A stretch of DNA of 64,000 nt. It comes from Flavobacteriia bacterium. GTDB taxonomy: Bacteria; Bacteroidota; Bacteroidia; Flavobacteriales_D; Crocinitomicaceae. A program made the translations under genes and the position numbers. Within the stretch, counting starts at the first letter, position 1. Each line of letters begins with the position of its first letter. The notes under the pieces are model-generated. The model saw only the letters and a program-made list of their open reading frames with translations. It did not search any database and was not told where the DNA came from. The stretch lies in the NCBI GenBank assembly GCA_947462925.1, contig CANHQP010000010.1:13664-77663 (forward strand), read 5' to 3'. Of this stretch, positions 18,230 to 28,818 are shown piece after piece.

Positions 18230-20770
18230 TTGGTCAAAAAGCGTTCCATATATCAACTTATCTTCGGTACATTGTTAATAATGTTTTCGAGTGAAAATGT
18301 TACGGCACAAAATCCGATCACAAAAGACACCATTTTTACTGTAGATGAATCTTTTGAAACTACTGCAAAATTTAGCGCCAAAGATTCTCTTTTCAATGAC
18401 TTAAAAAATAAACAAGTCCATCTTTTCGGTGAAGCCAAAGTTGAATATGAAAGTATCAATTTGACAGCTGATTACATTTTAATAGATTTTGAGAAGAAAG
18501 AAATTTTCGCTTCTTATACTTACGATAAGGACAGCACACGCATTGGACTTCCAAAACTTATTCAAGATGGCGAAACAGTGGAAGCAGCTAAAATCAGACT
18601 AAACTACGAAACGAAAAAAGCTTACATCCAAGAAGTTAAAATCAAACAAGACGAAAATTACCTTTACATGGGTGTTGCTAAGCGACAAGCAAACGAACAA
18701 ATTCATTTCAAACAGGGAAAATTTACAACTTGTGATTTGGAAGAACCACATTACCATTTCCAGCTTTCTAAAGCAATTTTGGTACCTGAAAAAAGAATAG
18801 TCTCTGGTCCGATGAACCTTTGGATCAAGGGCGTTCCTACTCCACTGGGATTGCCATTTGCATTCATTCCACAAAAAAAACCAAATGAAAGGACACACGG
18901 AGTTTTAGTTCCTAAGTTTGTTCCGCAATCTCAATTTGGAATGGGGATTCAAGATTTAGGTTATTATTTTCCTTTCAATGACAGTGTGCAAACAACTTTC
19001 CTTGCAAATCTTTATTCAAGAGGAAGTTGGGGTATTTCCAATAGAACAAATTACATCATTAAATACAAGTACCAAGGAAATCTAGACTTGGGTTTCCAGC
19101 AGTTTAAGGCACCTTTTCCTTCCAAAACAAAGAACAATAAAGTCAGTATCATTTGGACACATCGCCAAGATGCCAAAGCAAATCCTTTGTGGAATTTTTC
19201 TTCAAATGTGAATTTTATTTCTGACAACAATTCCAAAAATAGTTTGGACCCATTAAACAAAAATTATTTTACAAACAGTTTCAATTCAGACATCAATTTG
19301 ATAAGAAATTTCCCTGGAAAACCAATTTCAACTGGTTTAAAAGCATCTATTCGTCAAAATTCTCAAACCAAGAACTTCGATTTGACTTCTCCTGTTTTAA
19401 ATGTCAATGTTACTCGATTTTTCCCATTGAAAGCTTTGAGAAAATCAAAAATTGGCGCCACCAAATGGTATGAACAAATTGGTATGACATACAATTTTGA
19501 AGGAAAAAACAGTGCGTCATTTAAAGATACTTTGATTAGAGATAAAAATTACGCTGAAATTCAACGAAAATTTCAAAATGGAATTTCACAAAGTTCAGTA
19601 ATTCAAACTACGCTAAGTTTATTTGATAATGTCATTAAAGTGACACCTTCTATAAATTATTCGAATCGAATCAACTTTCAGCAAACGAGAAAGTTTGAAT
19701 TGAATGACACATTGCAAATTGATACTATTCAAAAAATGGGCGTTTCTCAGAATGTTTCATTTAATTTGCAAATGACAACCGTTGTTTATAGTTATTATAA
19801 AACCCTTGGTAAAAACAAACCGTTGATTAGACACATTTTAACACCTAGTTTCGGTTACCGATATGTCCCAAATCTAAATAAATCATTATCATATAACACT
19901 GGAATTGATACAGTTGTCAAATACTCTGCTTTTGAAAACAGTTTGTATCGCGAAAGTGTAACGTACGACCAATCAATTATCACTTTTGGTTTCAACAATA
20001 CCTTCGAAATGAAGAAGAAATCAGAAAAAGATACAATTACAGGATTCAAAAAGACAAGAATTATAGACGCCCTTTCATTCAGTGGAAATTATGATTTAAT
20101 CAAAGACTCAATGAAGCTTTCAAACATTGGTGTTGATTTAAGAATTAGTCCCGTGCCATTTTTCAGTTTTGTTGCCAATGGAAGTTTCAGTCCTTACAAT
20201 TGGAACGACTCAACTGGAAGGTCTGTCAAAGAATTTGCGCTGAAAGAAAAAGGAGTACTGGGTCGATTTATCCAAACGAATTTCAACAGTACTTTTACAA
20301 TTGCCCCTAAAAAAAGCAAGGACAAAATTCAAGACAACAAGGAACAATTTGCCACAAATTGGAATTCTGATTTTCAATACTTTGCTTTACACCCTGAAAC
20401 TTTCGTTGATTTCGAAATTCCATGGAAAGTCAATTTAGGACACACCTATTCAATCACAGCCAATCAAAATAAAAATTACAGCACGCCTGAAACAGCTAAA
20501 AACTATTTCATCAACAATACACTAACTATCAACGGAGATTTAAGTTTTACCAAAAGATGGAAAGTGGTAACTGATGTTTATTTTGACATCAAAACGCAAA
20601 AAATAACCAACGCGAGATTGAACTTTACACGCAATATGCACTGTTGGAACTTAGCCTTTTATTGGACACCAATCGGAACAAATAAAAGTTTCTTATTCAG
20701 CTTAACATCTAGTTCGAACCTTTTCAAGGATGCGAAAATTGATTTCAGAAAACCACCTGAAATCTTTTAA
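18230..20770 (+). CDS. Large outer-membrane LptD/OstA-like LPS-assembly protein (Bacteroidota type)
   Basis: ~850-aa beta-rich protein with an OstA-like N-domain, divergent from the amidase gene. The signal peptide KKRSIYQLIFGTLLIMFSSENVTAQ suggests a TTG start at 18230. The ORF-track ATG at 18116 overlaps the amidase gene. Start uncertain. Confidence 0.6.
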   Translation: MVKKRSIYQLIFGTLLIMFSSENVTAQNPITKDTIFTVDESFETTAKFSAKDSLFNDLKNKQVHLFGEAKVEYESINLTADYILIDFEKKEIFASYTYDKDSTRIGLPKLIQDGETVEAAKIRLNYETKKAYIQEVKIKQDENYLYMGVAKRQANEQIHFKQGKFTTCDLEEPHYHFQLSKAILVPEKRIVSGPMNLWIKGVPTPLGLPFAFIPQKKPNERTHGVLVPKFVPQSQFGMGIQDLGYYFPFNDSVQTTFLANLYSRGSWGISNRTNYIIKYKYQGNLDLGFQQFKAPFPSKTKNNKVSIIWTHRQDAKANPLWNFSSNVNFISDNNSKNSLDPLNKNYFTNSFNSDINLIRNFPGKPISTGLKASIRQNSQTKNFDLTSPVLNVNVTRFFPLKALRKSKIGATKWYEQIGMTYNFEGKNSASFKDTLIRDKNYAEIQRKFQNGISQSSVIQTTLSLFDNVIKVTPSINYSNRINFQQTRKFELNDTLQIDTIQKMGVSQNVSFNLQMTTVVYSYYKTLGKNKPLIRHILTPSFGYRYVPNLNKSLSYNTGIDTVVKYSAFENSLYRESVTYDQSIITFGFNNTFEMKKKSEKDTITGFKKTRIIDALSFSGNYDLIKDSMKLSNIGVDLRISPVPFFSFVANGSFSPYNWNDSTGRSVKEFALKEKGVLGRFIQTNFNSTFTIAPKKSKDKIQDNKEQFATNWNSDFQYFALHPETFVDFEIPWKVNLGHTYSITANQNKNYSTPETAKNYFINNTLTINGDLSFTKRWKVVTDVYFDIKTQKITNARLNFTRNMHCWNLAFYWTPIGTNKSFLFSLTSSSNLFKDAKIDFRKPPEIF

Positions 20771-20855
20771 TTTGACGAATCAAAAAAATGATTTTGCATT
20801 TCAAATAAATCTTAAGCCTTATTTATCATTATTTTTACATTTCAATTTTAAAAAA

Positions 20856-23747
20856 ATGAAGAACATTATTCTTGGAAGCCTCTTAATAGTAGGCTCACTT
20901 TCATTTGCACAAGACAATGCATATCCAACTTATGCTGATCCTTTAAATGCAAAACAATTTGTGTTAGAAAATGGATTGACAGTAATGTTGTCAGAAAACC
21001 ACAATACTTCTCAAATATTTGGAGTAATTGCAGTAAAAGCAGGCGGGAAAAATGACCCAAAAGATGCTACTGGAATGGCGCACTATTTAGAGCATATGCT
21101 ATTCAAAGGAACGGAACAAATGGGAACTTGGGACTATGAAAAGGAAGCTGTTCATTTGAAGGAAATTGAAAGATTGTATGAAGAATTAGGTAAAACCAAA
21201 GACGAAAAACAACGTGCTACAATTCAGCTAAAAATAAACGAAGAAGCTGTAAAAGCTGGTCAATATGCCATTCCAAACGAAATGGACAGAATGTTGAGCG
21301 AAATCGGTTCAACAGGAGTAAATGCCTTTACCACAGAAGATTTTACAGCATACCACAATGCTTTTCCTGCCAATAAATTGGACCAATGGTTACAAATTTA
21401 CGATCATCGATTTGAACAGCCCGTTTTCAGACTTTTTCAATCAGAATTAGAAACGGTTTATGAAGAAAAAAATAGAAGCATGGATTCACCTTTCTCTGCT
21501 GTTTTGGATGAATTCAATAAAAATTTCTGGAAAAACCATCCTTATGGGCAACAGCCAATTATTGGATTGACAGAGCATTTGAAAAATCCCTCATTGCAAA
21601 AAATGTATGAGTATTTTGATACGTACTATGTTGCAAATAACATGATTTTGTCACTATCAGGCGATTTTGATACAGATGAAGCCATTAAATTAATTAAAAA
21701 GTATTTTTCCGATTGGAGAAAAGGTGAAATTCCAGCATTTCCAAAATATGAAGAGGCTGATTTTAAAGGCAAAGAAGTTGTAAATATCAAAGCAACGCCA
21801 ATCAAAGCAGCAATTCGTGGTTATAGAATTCCTTCTAACGGTCACCCTGACCAACAAAAAATTCAATTGGCTAATTATCTTTTGACAAATAATGAAGGTT
21901 CTGGACTATTGGATAATTTAACAAGTCAAGGAAAAATTTCATTTTCTGGAATGTTTCCAATGGAATACAATGATTACTCTGGGTCAATAATTTTCGTAAT
22001 CCCTAAAATAATCGGACAAAGCTTTGATGAGGCTGATGTTTTGCTGAATGAGCAAATGGAAAAATTGAGGAAGGGTGATTTTGATGATGCCTTTTTTGAA
22101 GGCGCCAAGATTTCTCTACAAAAAACCTTCGACAAACAATTAGAAAGTAATGAAGAACGTGCACTTTTAATGATGAGCGCATACACTTCTAATACACCAT
22201 GGATTGATTATTTGAACAACTTCAAACAAATTAAAAACTTCAGCAAAGCTGAAATTGTAGAAGCCATCAATAAATATTATGGCGAAAACTATTTAGCCTT
22301 GTACTCAGGCATGGGAACAGCAAAAAAGGATAAACTTTCTAAACCAAAATTTGAGGCTGTAATTCCGCCAGACGGGAAAGTTTCTAGTTTTACTAAGACT
22401 TGGAGAGAAACGGAAACGCCTTGGATCAAGCCTAATTTTGTTGATTTTGACAAAGATATTACAAGATCAACCTTGGGTGAAAATATGACATTTAGATCCG
22501 TAAAAAATCCATTTAATCAAATATTTAATTTGCAAATTTCTTGGGGTGCCGGAATTCAACATGACTCATTATTGAATTATCTTCCAGCTTACTTGAATAA
22601 AATCGGAACCAAAGAATCTGATGTTACAACATTTAAGAATAAACTTTTTCAATTAGGCGCATCGATGAATTTTAGAGCGACAGAAAATGAACTTATTTTA
22701 GATATTGAAGGAATCGATGATAAAATTGAACCTACCATTGCTTTAGTGAATGATTTCTTAAAGAACTACAATCCAAACAAAGAGGCAATTTTATCTGTCG
22801 CTGATGAGACTGAATCAAATAGAAAATTAAGCAATAAAGATTTGATGAATTTGATGTCAGCAACTCAACAGTTTGCGCTTTTTGGAAACAAATCAACGTT
22901 TTTAACAGAATTGAGTTCGGCAGAAATCAAAAAATTAACATCAGAAAAACTAATTAATTCTTTCAAAGATGTACAAAATTACGGTGTTAAAATTAATTAT
23001 GTCGGAACAAAACCACACAATGAAGTTCAGAAAATCATTGTTGACAACATCCAGTTTGAAAAAGTAAGCAAGCCAGCTTTGGCGAAAATCAAATACGACA
23101 TGAAAGGATTTGACTCTAAAAAAGTCTATTTCTTAAATGACAAAAAGGCCGTTCAATCCCAAGTATTATTTTTGGTTGAAGGACTTCCAATGGAATCAAA
23201 TATGCTTGGAGAAGCAGAAGCATTCAATTTGTATTTTGGTGGAGACATGTCTTCTTTGGTATTCCAAGAAATCAGAGAGTTTAGATCGTTAGCGTATTCA
23301 ACGTCAGCAAAATATCAAATAGCTGAAAAACCAGGTGTTAAAAATTTATTTTACGGTTATGTTGGTTGTCAAGGTGACAAAACACCAGAAGCTGCTGATG
23401 TGATGTTTGATTTGATTACTAATATGCCTCTTAAAAAAGAACGTGAAGCAGCAATTCGCGCGGCATTAATATCTGAAGCAAAAACTAGTAAACCAGGATT
23501 TAGAACATTAATATCCAAAGTAGACGATTGGGAAAGAATGGGATTTACAAAAGATCCAAATTTGAATTTACTTCCATACTATACTGATTTAACTTTTGAA
23601 CAAATCAACGAATTTTATAAAAACCACATTTCTGGGAAAAATATGCAATTGGTTGTTGTAGGAAACAAAAAGAAATTTGATTTAAAAACAATCAAAAAAT
23701 ACGGGCAATTCGTCGAATTAAATACAAATCAAGTTGTCAAAAACTAA
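20856..23747 (+). CDS. M16-family (pitrilysin/insulinase-like) zinc peptidase, double-length
   Basis: Inverted zinc motif HYLEHMLFKG and a signal peptide MKNIILGSLLIVGSLSFAQ. Start moved to ATG 20856. Confidence 0.85.
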   Translation: MKNIILGSLLIVGSLSFAQDNAYPTYADPLNAKQFVLENGLTVMLSENHNTSQIFGVIAVKAGGKNDPKDATGMAHYLEHMLFKGTEQMGTWDYEKEAVHLKEIERLYEELGKTKDEKQRATIQLKINEEAVKAGQYAIPNEMDRMLSEIGSTGVNAFTTEDFTAYHNAFPANKLDQWLQIYDHRFEQPVFRLFQSELETVYEEKNRSMDSPFSAVLDEFNKNFWKNHPYGQQPIIGLTEHLKNPSLQKMYEYFDTYYVANNMILSLSGDFDTDEAIKLIKKYFSDWRKGEIPAFPKYEEADFKGKEVVNIKATPIKAAIRGYRIPSNGHPDQQKIQLANYLLTNNEGSGLLDNLTSQGKISFSGMFPMEYNDYSGSIIFVIPKIIGQSFDEADVLLNEQMEKLRKGDFDDAFFEGAKISLQKTFDKQLESNEERALLMMSAYTSNTPWIDYLNNFKQIKNFSKAEIVEAINKYYGENYLALYSGMGTAKKDKLSKPKFEAVIPPDGKVSSFTKTWRETETPWIKPNFVDFDKDITRSTLGENMTFRSVKNPFNQIFNLQISWGAGIQHDSLLNYLPAYLNKIGTKESDVTTFKNKLFQLGASMNFRATENELILDIEGIDDKIEPTIALVNDFLKNYNPNKEAILSVADETESNRKLSNKDLMNLMSATQQFALFGNKSTFLTELSSAEIKKLTSEKLINSFKDVQNYGVKINYVGTKPHNEVQKIIVDNIQFEKVSKPALAKIKYDMKGFDSKKVYFLNDKKAVQSQVLFLVEGLPMESNMLGEAEAFNLYFGGDMSSLVFQEIREFRSLAYSTSAKYQIAEKPGVKNLFYGYVGCQGDKTPEAADVMFDLITNMPLKKEREAAIRAALISEAKTSKPGFRTLISKVDDWERMGFTKDPNLNLLPYYTDLTFEQINEFYKNHISGKNMQLVVVGNKKKFDLKTIKKYGQFVELNTNQVVKN

Positions 23748-23762
23748 AGGAAGCTCTCCAAA

Positions 23763-24341
23763 ATGATTGATATCACTTTCAAAAATAAAATCCCTCCTAG
23801 AAAAGGCAGAATTTTGATTTCTGACCCATTTCTAGGAGATGATTATTTTGAACGATCTGTCGTTTACTTATGTGAGCACAATCAAGAAGGAAGTTTTGGT
23901 TTTGTACTGAATAATCTGGTGGAAATTAATCTCAATGATTTGAATGATCAATTTCCTGCAATCACCACAAAAATTAGTACTGGTGGACCTGTAGAAACGG
24001 AAAGTATGTTTTTTATACACACTCTAGGTGATCAATTGAATGAGAGCTTGGAAATCAGTCATGGGATTTTTGTTGGCGGTGATTTTGAACAATTGTACTT
24101 AAAAATTGAAGAAAAACATATCCAAGAAAACGAAATTAGATTCTTTTTAGGATATTCTGGTTGGTCAAAAGGACAATTAGAATCCGAAATTAAAGAAAAT
24201 GCCTGGGTAGTATCTGAAATTGATGATTGTAAGGAAATTATGCAAATTCATGAAACAGACACTTGGAAGTATTTTATGAGTAAACTTGGTTCAAAATATC
24301 AATTCATGACTAATTTTCCAATTGACCCAAATGAAAATTAA
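23763..24341 (+). CDS. YqgE/AlgH-family protein
   Basis: 192 aa with typical blocks: GRILISDPFLGDDYFERSVVYLCEHNQEGSFGFVLN, GYSGWSKGQLESE. Confidence 0.85.
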   Translation: MIDITFKNKIPPRKGRILISDPFLGDDYFERSVVYLCEHNQEGSFGFVLNNLVEINLNDLNDQFPAITTKISTGGPVETESMFFIHTLGDQLNESLEISHGIFVGGDFEQLYLKIEEKHIQENEIRFFLGYSGWSKGQLESEIKENAWVVSEIDDCKEIMQIHETDTWKYFMSKLGSKYQFMTNFPIDPNEN

Positions 24342-24383
24342 TTAGAGGGAAAAATTTATGTACCTTCAAAAAAAAATGTCCAA

Positions 24384-25397
24384 TTGAGCAAAGCTATCTC
24401 CAATCAAAACGATGTAAAACAGAACTTGAAATTTCAAAAAATCATTGTTGTTGTTGGAATTATTCTATTTACTGTAAAAGTTATTGCTTGGTATTTTACT
24501 AATTCTGTTGCCATTCTGACCGATACATTAGAAAGTATTGTCAATATAATAACCTCATTTGTTGGATTGTATAGTTTGTATCTTTCTTCCCTTCCAAAGG
24601 ACGAGAATCACCCCTATGGTCATGGAAAAGTAGAATTTATTTCTGCGGCGATTGAAGGAATGTTAATTGCAGTTGCTGGAATATTAATTGTGTTTGAAGC
24701 GATTTCCAATTTTAAACACCCACATCCAATTGCAAGATTAGACACTGGAATTTATTTGATTTCCGCAACTGCAATCATTAGTTATTTGATTGGAAGTATT
24801 GCGGTAAAAAAAGGCAAAAAGAATAAATCTCTGGCTTTAGAAGCTAGTGGAAAACACCTTCGCAGTGACACCTACTCTACTTTAGGAATCATAATTGGGT
24901 TGATTGTAATTTCATTTACTAAAATACTTTGGCTTGACAGTTTGGTTGCGCTGATTTTTGCAGGAATCATTTTTTATACAGGATTCAAAATCATCAAAGA
25001 TTCCATCAGCGGAATTATGGACGAAGCAGACAATCAATTAATTGATGAATTTGTGAAAGTAATGCAAACAGAAAGAAAAGCACAATGGATAGATTTGCAT
25101 AATTTACGAATTATCAAATATGGTTCGACACTTCATATGGACTGCCACTTAACATTGCCTTATTATTACAACGTAGCATCAGCACACGATGAAATAGAGG
25201 AATTAGATCAAATAGTTAACAATCATTTTGGCACAAAAGTAGAATTATTCATTCACACAGATCCTTGTCAACCATACTCTTGTGAGATTTGCTCATTAAA
25301 AGAATGTCCAGTTAGGAGAACTGATTTTAAACAAACTTGGGTTTGGGACAAAAATAATGTGTCACAAAATCAGAAGCATAACCTGAATAAAAACTAG
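24384..25397 (+). CDS. Cation diffusion facilitator (CDF) divalent-metal efflux transporter
   Basis: Six TM helices, a HPYGHGKVE motif and a C-terminal cytoplasmic domain with a Cys-rich tail. TTG start. Confidence 0.8.
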   Translation: MSKAISNQNDVKQNLKFQKIIVVVGIILFTVKVIAWYFTNSVAILTDTLESIVNIITSFVGLYSLYLSSLPKDENHPYGHGKVEFISAAIEGMLIAVAGILIVFEAISNFKHPHPIARLDTGIYLISATAIISYLIGSIAVKKGKKNKSLALEASGKHLRSDTYSTLGIIIGLIVISFTKILWLDSLVALIFAGIIFYTGFKIIKDSISGIMDEADNQLIDEFVKVMQTERKAQWIDLHNLRIIKYGSTLHMDCHLTLPYYYNVASAHDEIEELDQIVNNHFGTKVELFIHTDPCQPYSCEICSLKECPVRRTDFKQTWVWDKNNVSQNQKHNLNKN

Positions 25398-25514
25398 ATA
25401 TAGATTTTTTATTAAATAATAATTAATCGATGTTTATTAAATTATTATCAGCAAAATAATACCATTCATGGGTAATATTATTAAGTTTAGTATACTTTTT
25501 TAACAAAAAAAAAC

Positions 25515-25522
25515 TACTTTTG
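25515..25522 (+). promoter_or_regulatory. Candidate -7 box (TAnnTTTG) abutting the upxY start codon (possible leaderless transcript)
   Basis: tacttttg ends 4 nt before ATG 25527. No clear -33 TTTG. Confidence 0.25.
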
Positions 25523-25526
25523 CACT

Positions 25527-26048
25527 ATGAAAGTAATTTCAAAGGAAAAGTGGTATGTACTTCAAACTCGTTCGAGATTTGAGAAAAAGTCATTTGAATT
25601 ATTATCACTTCAAGGTGTTTCTGTTTTTTTACCAACACAGAAAGTGAAAAAAAATTGGAGCGATAGAATCAAAGAAATTGAAACCCCTTTATTTCCTGGT
25701 TATCTATTTATCCAATTTGAAGAAAAGGATAGATATAGAGTTTTAAATACAAGCGGAATTGTTCGTTTTGTTTCATTTGGAGGAAAATATGCCACTTTGG
25801 ATGAAAATCAAATCGAAATTTTTAGACAATTCGAAAGATTGGATACGGACATTCAAGTTATTGACCTTGAATTCTATATCGGTCAAGAAGTATTCATATC
25901 TTCTGGTCCATTTAAAGGACTTGAAGCCAAAATAGTTCAGTACAATGGGAAAGGAAAACTCTTACTTACAGTAGAAAGTATTGGAAAAGGAGTTTTGTTA
26001 GAAATTGGAAAAACAAAAATAGAAAATAAGAGTAATTTTTTAATTTAA
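25527..26048 (+). CDS. UpxY-family (NusG-like) transcription antiterminator heading the polysaccharide locus
   Basis: NGN domain start WYVLQTRSRFEKK, then PLFPGYLFI and a KOW motif (GQEVFISSGPFKGLEAKIV). It is the first gene of a long same-strand polysaccharide cluster. Confidence 0.85.
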   Translation: MKVISKEKWYVLQTRSRFEKKSFELLSLQGVSVFLPTQKVKKNWSDRIKEIETPLFPGYLFIQFEEKDRYRVLNTSGIVRFVSFGGKYATLDENQIEIFRQFERLDTDIQVIDLEFYIGQEVFISSGPFKGLEAKIVQYNGKGKLLLTVESIGKGVLLEIGKTKIENKSNFLI

Positions 26049-26170
26049 AATAAAAAACAAGATTCTTTTAATTGCTTCTAGCTCTTTTGATTGTAAAAAA
26101 AATCATGTGAGTGAAAGGGCGAAGCTGTGTTAAATTGTTTGTAATTTAACAGAAATGATTAAATTTGGGG

Positions 26171-27172
26171 ATGGAAAAAAAATCTAAAATTCTTATAACA
26201 GGTGGAGCTGGATTCATAGGTTCAAATCTATGTGAGTATTTTGTTAATAATGGATATAGCGTTGTATGTTTAGATAATTTTGCAACGGGTTATAGACACA
26301 ATTTAAATTCAGTTATTGATGCTCCAAATTTTGAACTGATAGAAGGTGACATTAGAAATTTGGAAACATGCAGACTAGCTGTTAAAGACTGTGAATACGT
26401 TCTGCATCAAGCTGCCCTAGGCTCGGTTCCTAGATCGATAAATGATCCAATAACCACCAATGAAGTAAATATAAATGGTTTCTTAAATATGTTGGTTGCA
26501 AGTAGAGATGAAAACGTAAAAAGGTTCATTTATGCTGCAAGTTCTTCTACATATGGAGATTCTCAATCACTTCCAAAAGTAGAAGATATAATAGGTAAAC
26601 CGCAATCACCTTATGCTATCACTAAGTATGTAAACGAATTGTACGCTCAAAATTTTTCAAAATTATACCAAATGGAAACAATTGGTTTGAGATATTTTAA
26701 TGTATTTGGAAGACGACAAGATCCAAATGGTGCTTACGCTGCAGTTATACCAAAGTTTGTGATTCAACTAATTAATCATGAAAGTCCTGTAATCAATGGA
26801 AATATCGAATATTCTAGAGATTTCACGCACATAGATAATGTAATCGCAATGAATGAATTAGCGATTCAAACTAAAAATTCAGAAGCTCTCAATACGGTAT
26901 TTAATACTGCTTTTGGAGAAAGAACAACATTACTTGAGCTGGTGAATCTATTGAAAAGTGAACTTTCACAATTTGATTCTAAAATAAGCTCCATTGAAAC
27001 TATTATTGGTCCTAGTCGTATGGGAGATATTCCTCATTCAATTGCAAGCATTGATAAAGCTAAATTGTTACTTGGTTATATCCCCAAAACAAGTCTGAAA
27101 ATAGGAATTAGTAAAACAATACAATGGTATTGGGAAAATTTAAATCAAAAAATAGATAAAATTGTTTCCTAA
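26171..27172 (+). CDS. SDR-family UDP-N-acetylhexosamine(uronate) C4-epimerase (WbpP/TviC-like)
   Basis: Rossmann motif GGAGFIGSN and catalytic YAITKY. LRYFNVFGRRQDP and GDIPHS blocks are typical of the WbpP/TviC/CapD group. First ATG is 26171. Confidence 0.75.
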   Translation: MEKKSKILITGGAGFIGSNLCEYFVNNGYSVVCLDNFATGYRHNLNSVIDAPNFELIEGDIRNLETCRLAVKDCEYVLHQAALGSVPRSINDPITTNEVNINGFLNMLVASRDENVKRFIYAASSSTYGDSQSLPKVEDIIGKPQSPYAITKYVNELYAQNFSKLYQMETIGLRYFNVFGRRQDPNGAYAAVIPKFVIQLINHESPVINGNIEYSRDFTHIDNVIAMNELAIQTKNSEALNTVFNTAFGERTTLLELVNLLKSELSQFDSKISSIETIIGPSRMGDIPHSIASIDKAKLLLGYIPKTSLKIGISKTIQWYWENLNQKIDKIVS

Positions 27173-28817
27173 AATTAATCCAACATCAACAAAAGCTTGG
27201 TCGCTTTTAAAAAATCATCAAACTGATGAAATGTCTTCGACCTACATGAAAGATTTGTTTTCGAATGATATTTCTAGGTTTAATAAATTTCATGTTCAAC
27301 AAGAATCATTTTTATTTGATTTCTCTAAAAACATTATCAACGAAAGAACGATTGAGTTGTTATTAGAACTAGCTGAGGAATGTAAGTTGAAGGATGCAAT
27401 TTCCGCCATGTTTGACGGATCCAAAATCAATGAAACAGAAAATCGTGCTGTTTTTCATGTTGGCTTACGAGATTTTTCAGATAACAAATTTATTATTGAT
27501 GGAACTGAAGTAAAATCAGAAATAAATTCTGTTAGAAATAAAATCAAACATTTTTCAAATGATGTTCACGATGGAAAATGGTTAGGTTGCACTGGTGAGC
27601 GAATCAAAAATATCGTAAATATTGGTATCGGAGGAAGTGATTTAGGACCAAACATGGTCTGCGAAGCTTTGAAACCTTATTGGAAAAAGGAAATCAACAG
27701 CTTTTTTATTAGTAATGTAGATGGAACTAATTTGGTAGAGGTTCTCAAAGAACTGAATGCTGAAGAGACTTTATTTGTAGTTGCTTCTAAAACTTTTACC
27801 ACTCAGGAAACGATGACCAATGCAAATTCTGCTAGAGAATGGTTTCTATCCAAAATGGAGAATCCTGATTTTGTGGCCAAACATTTTGTTGCAATTAGTT
27901 CAAACGTGTCCAAAGCCATTGAATTTGGCATCAATGAAAATAACATTTTCGAAATGTGGGATTGGGTTTGCGGACGATTCAGTGTTTATGGAGCTATAGG
28001 ATTGACTGTTTCTCTTACAATTGGTTATGAAAACTTTGAACAATTTCTAAAAGGCGCAGAATCTGCAGATTTCCATTTCAAAAATAATAAATTCGAATCA
28101 AATATTCCCGTAATAATGGGCTTGTTAAGTATTTGGTACATCAATTTTTGGAACGCTAAAAGCGAAGTTATCCTCTGTTATGACCAATACTTACATAAGT
28201 TTGCTACATACATGCAACAAGGTTTTATGGAAAGCAATGGGAAATCTGTCGATCGAAATGGACAACAAGTTTCTTATTCAACAGGCATTCCAATTTGGGG
28301 TGAACCAGGAACGAATGGTCAACATAGTTTTCACCAAATGTTCCACCAAGGTACTTCGATGATTCCATGCGATTTTGTAGCACCGCTTAAAAGCCATAAT
28401 CCAATTGGAGATCATCACACGAAACTGTTGTCGAACTTTTTTGCTCAAAGTGAAGCTTTAATGGTGGGAAAAACGAAGGAAGTGGTAGTTGAAGAGTTAG
28501 TTCAAAAAGGATTTAATCAAAGTGAAATTGAAAAACTGGCTCCTTTCAAAATATTTGAAGGAAATAAACCAACTAATTCAATTTTAATTGATATCATTGA
28601 CCCTTTTAATTTAGGGAAATTGACAGTTTTTTACGAACATAAGATATTTGTACAAGGAATTATCTGGAATATTTTTAGCTTTGACCAATGGGGAGTAGAA
28701 TTAGGTAAAGAATTATCTACTTATATTTTACCCGAATTAAATAATGTTGATGAAACGAAAAACTTTAGTTCATCTACAAATGGATTAATAAATTACTTTA
28801 AACAAAATACGATTTAA
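27162..28817 (+). CDS. pgi: Glucose-6-phosphate isomerase
   Basis: 551 aa. The conserved N-terminus INPTSTKAWSLL forces the TTG start at 27162, giving an 11-nt overlap with the epimerase gene. Also GIGGSDLGP, FTTQET and GQHSFHQ blocks. Confidence 0.9.
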   Translation: MFPKINPTSTKAWSLLKNHQTDEMSSTYMKDLFSNDISRFNKFHVQQESFLFDFSKNIINERTIELLLELAEECKLKDAISAMFDGSKINETENRAVFHVGLRDFSDNKFIIDGTEVKSEINSVRNKIKHFSNDVHDGKWLGCTGERIKNIVNIGIGGSDLGPNMVCEALKPYWKKEINSFFISNVDGTNLVEVLKELNAEETLFVVASKTFTTQETMTNANSAREWFLSKMENPDFVAKHFVAISSNVSKAIEFGINENNIFEMWDWVCGRFSVYGAIGLTVSLTIGYENFEQFLKGAESADFHFKNNKFESNIPVIMGLLSIWYINFWNAKSEVILCYDQYLHKFATYMQQGFMESNGKSVDRNGQQVSYSTGIPIWGEPGTNGQHSFHQMFHQGTSMIPCDFVAPLKSHNPIGDHHTKLLSNFFAQSEALMVGKTKEVVVEELVQKGFNQSEIEKLAPFKIFEGNKPTNSILIDIIDPFNLGKLTVFYEHKIFVQGIIWNIFSFDQWGVELGKELSTYILPELNNVDETKNFSSSTNGLINYFKQNTI

Positions 28818-28818
28818 G

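Noticed and set aside
25458-25490. Imperfect inverted repeat (aataatacc...ggtaatatt) upstream of upxY, considered as a possible invertible-promoter (phase-variation) site like those of Bacteroides capsule loci
   Set aside because: There is only one short imperfect repeat pair with a 6-nt spacer. There is no second repeat flanking a promoter segment and no site-specific recombinase gene in the window.
26129-26150. 8-bp AT-rich hairpin (gttaaatt/aatttaac) in the 122-nt spacer between upxY and the first biosynthetic gene, considered as a UpxY-controlled terminator
   Set aside because: No U-tract follows it, and the stem is all A/T except one pair. Evidence is insufficient to call a terminator or antitermination target.
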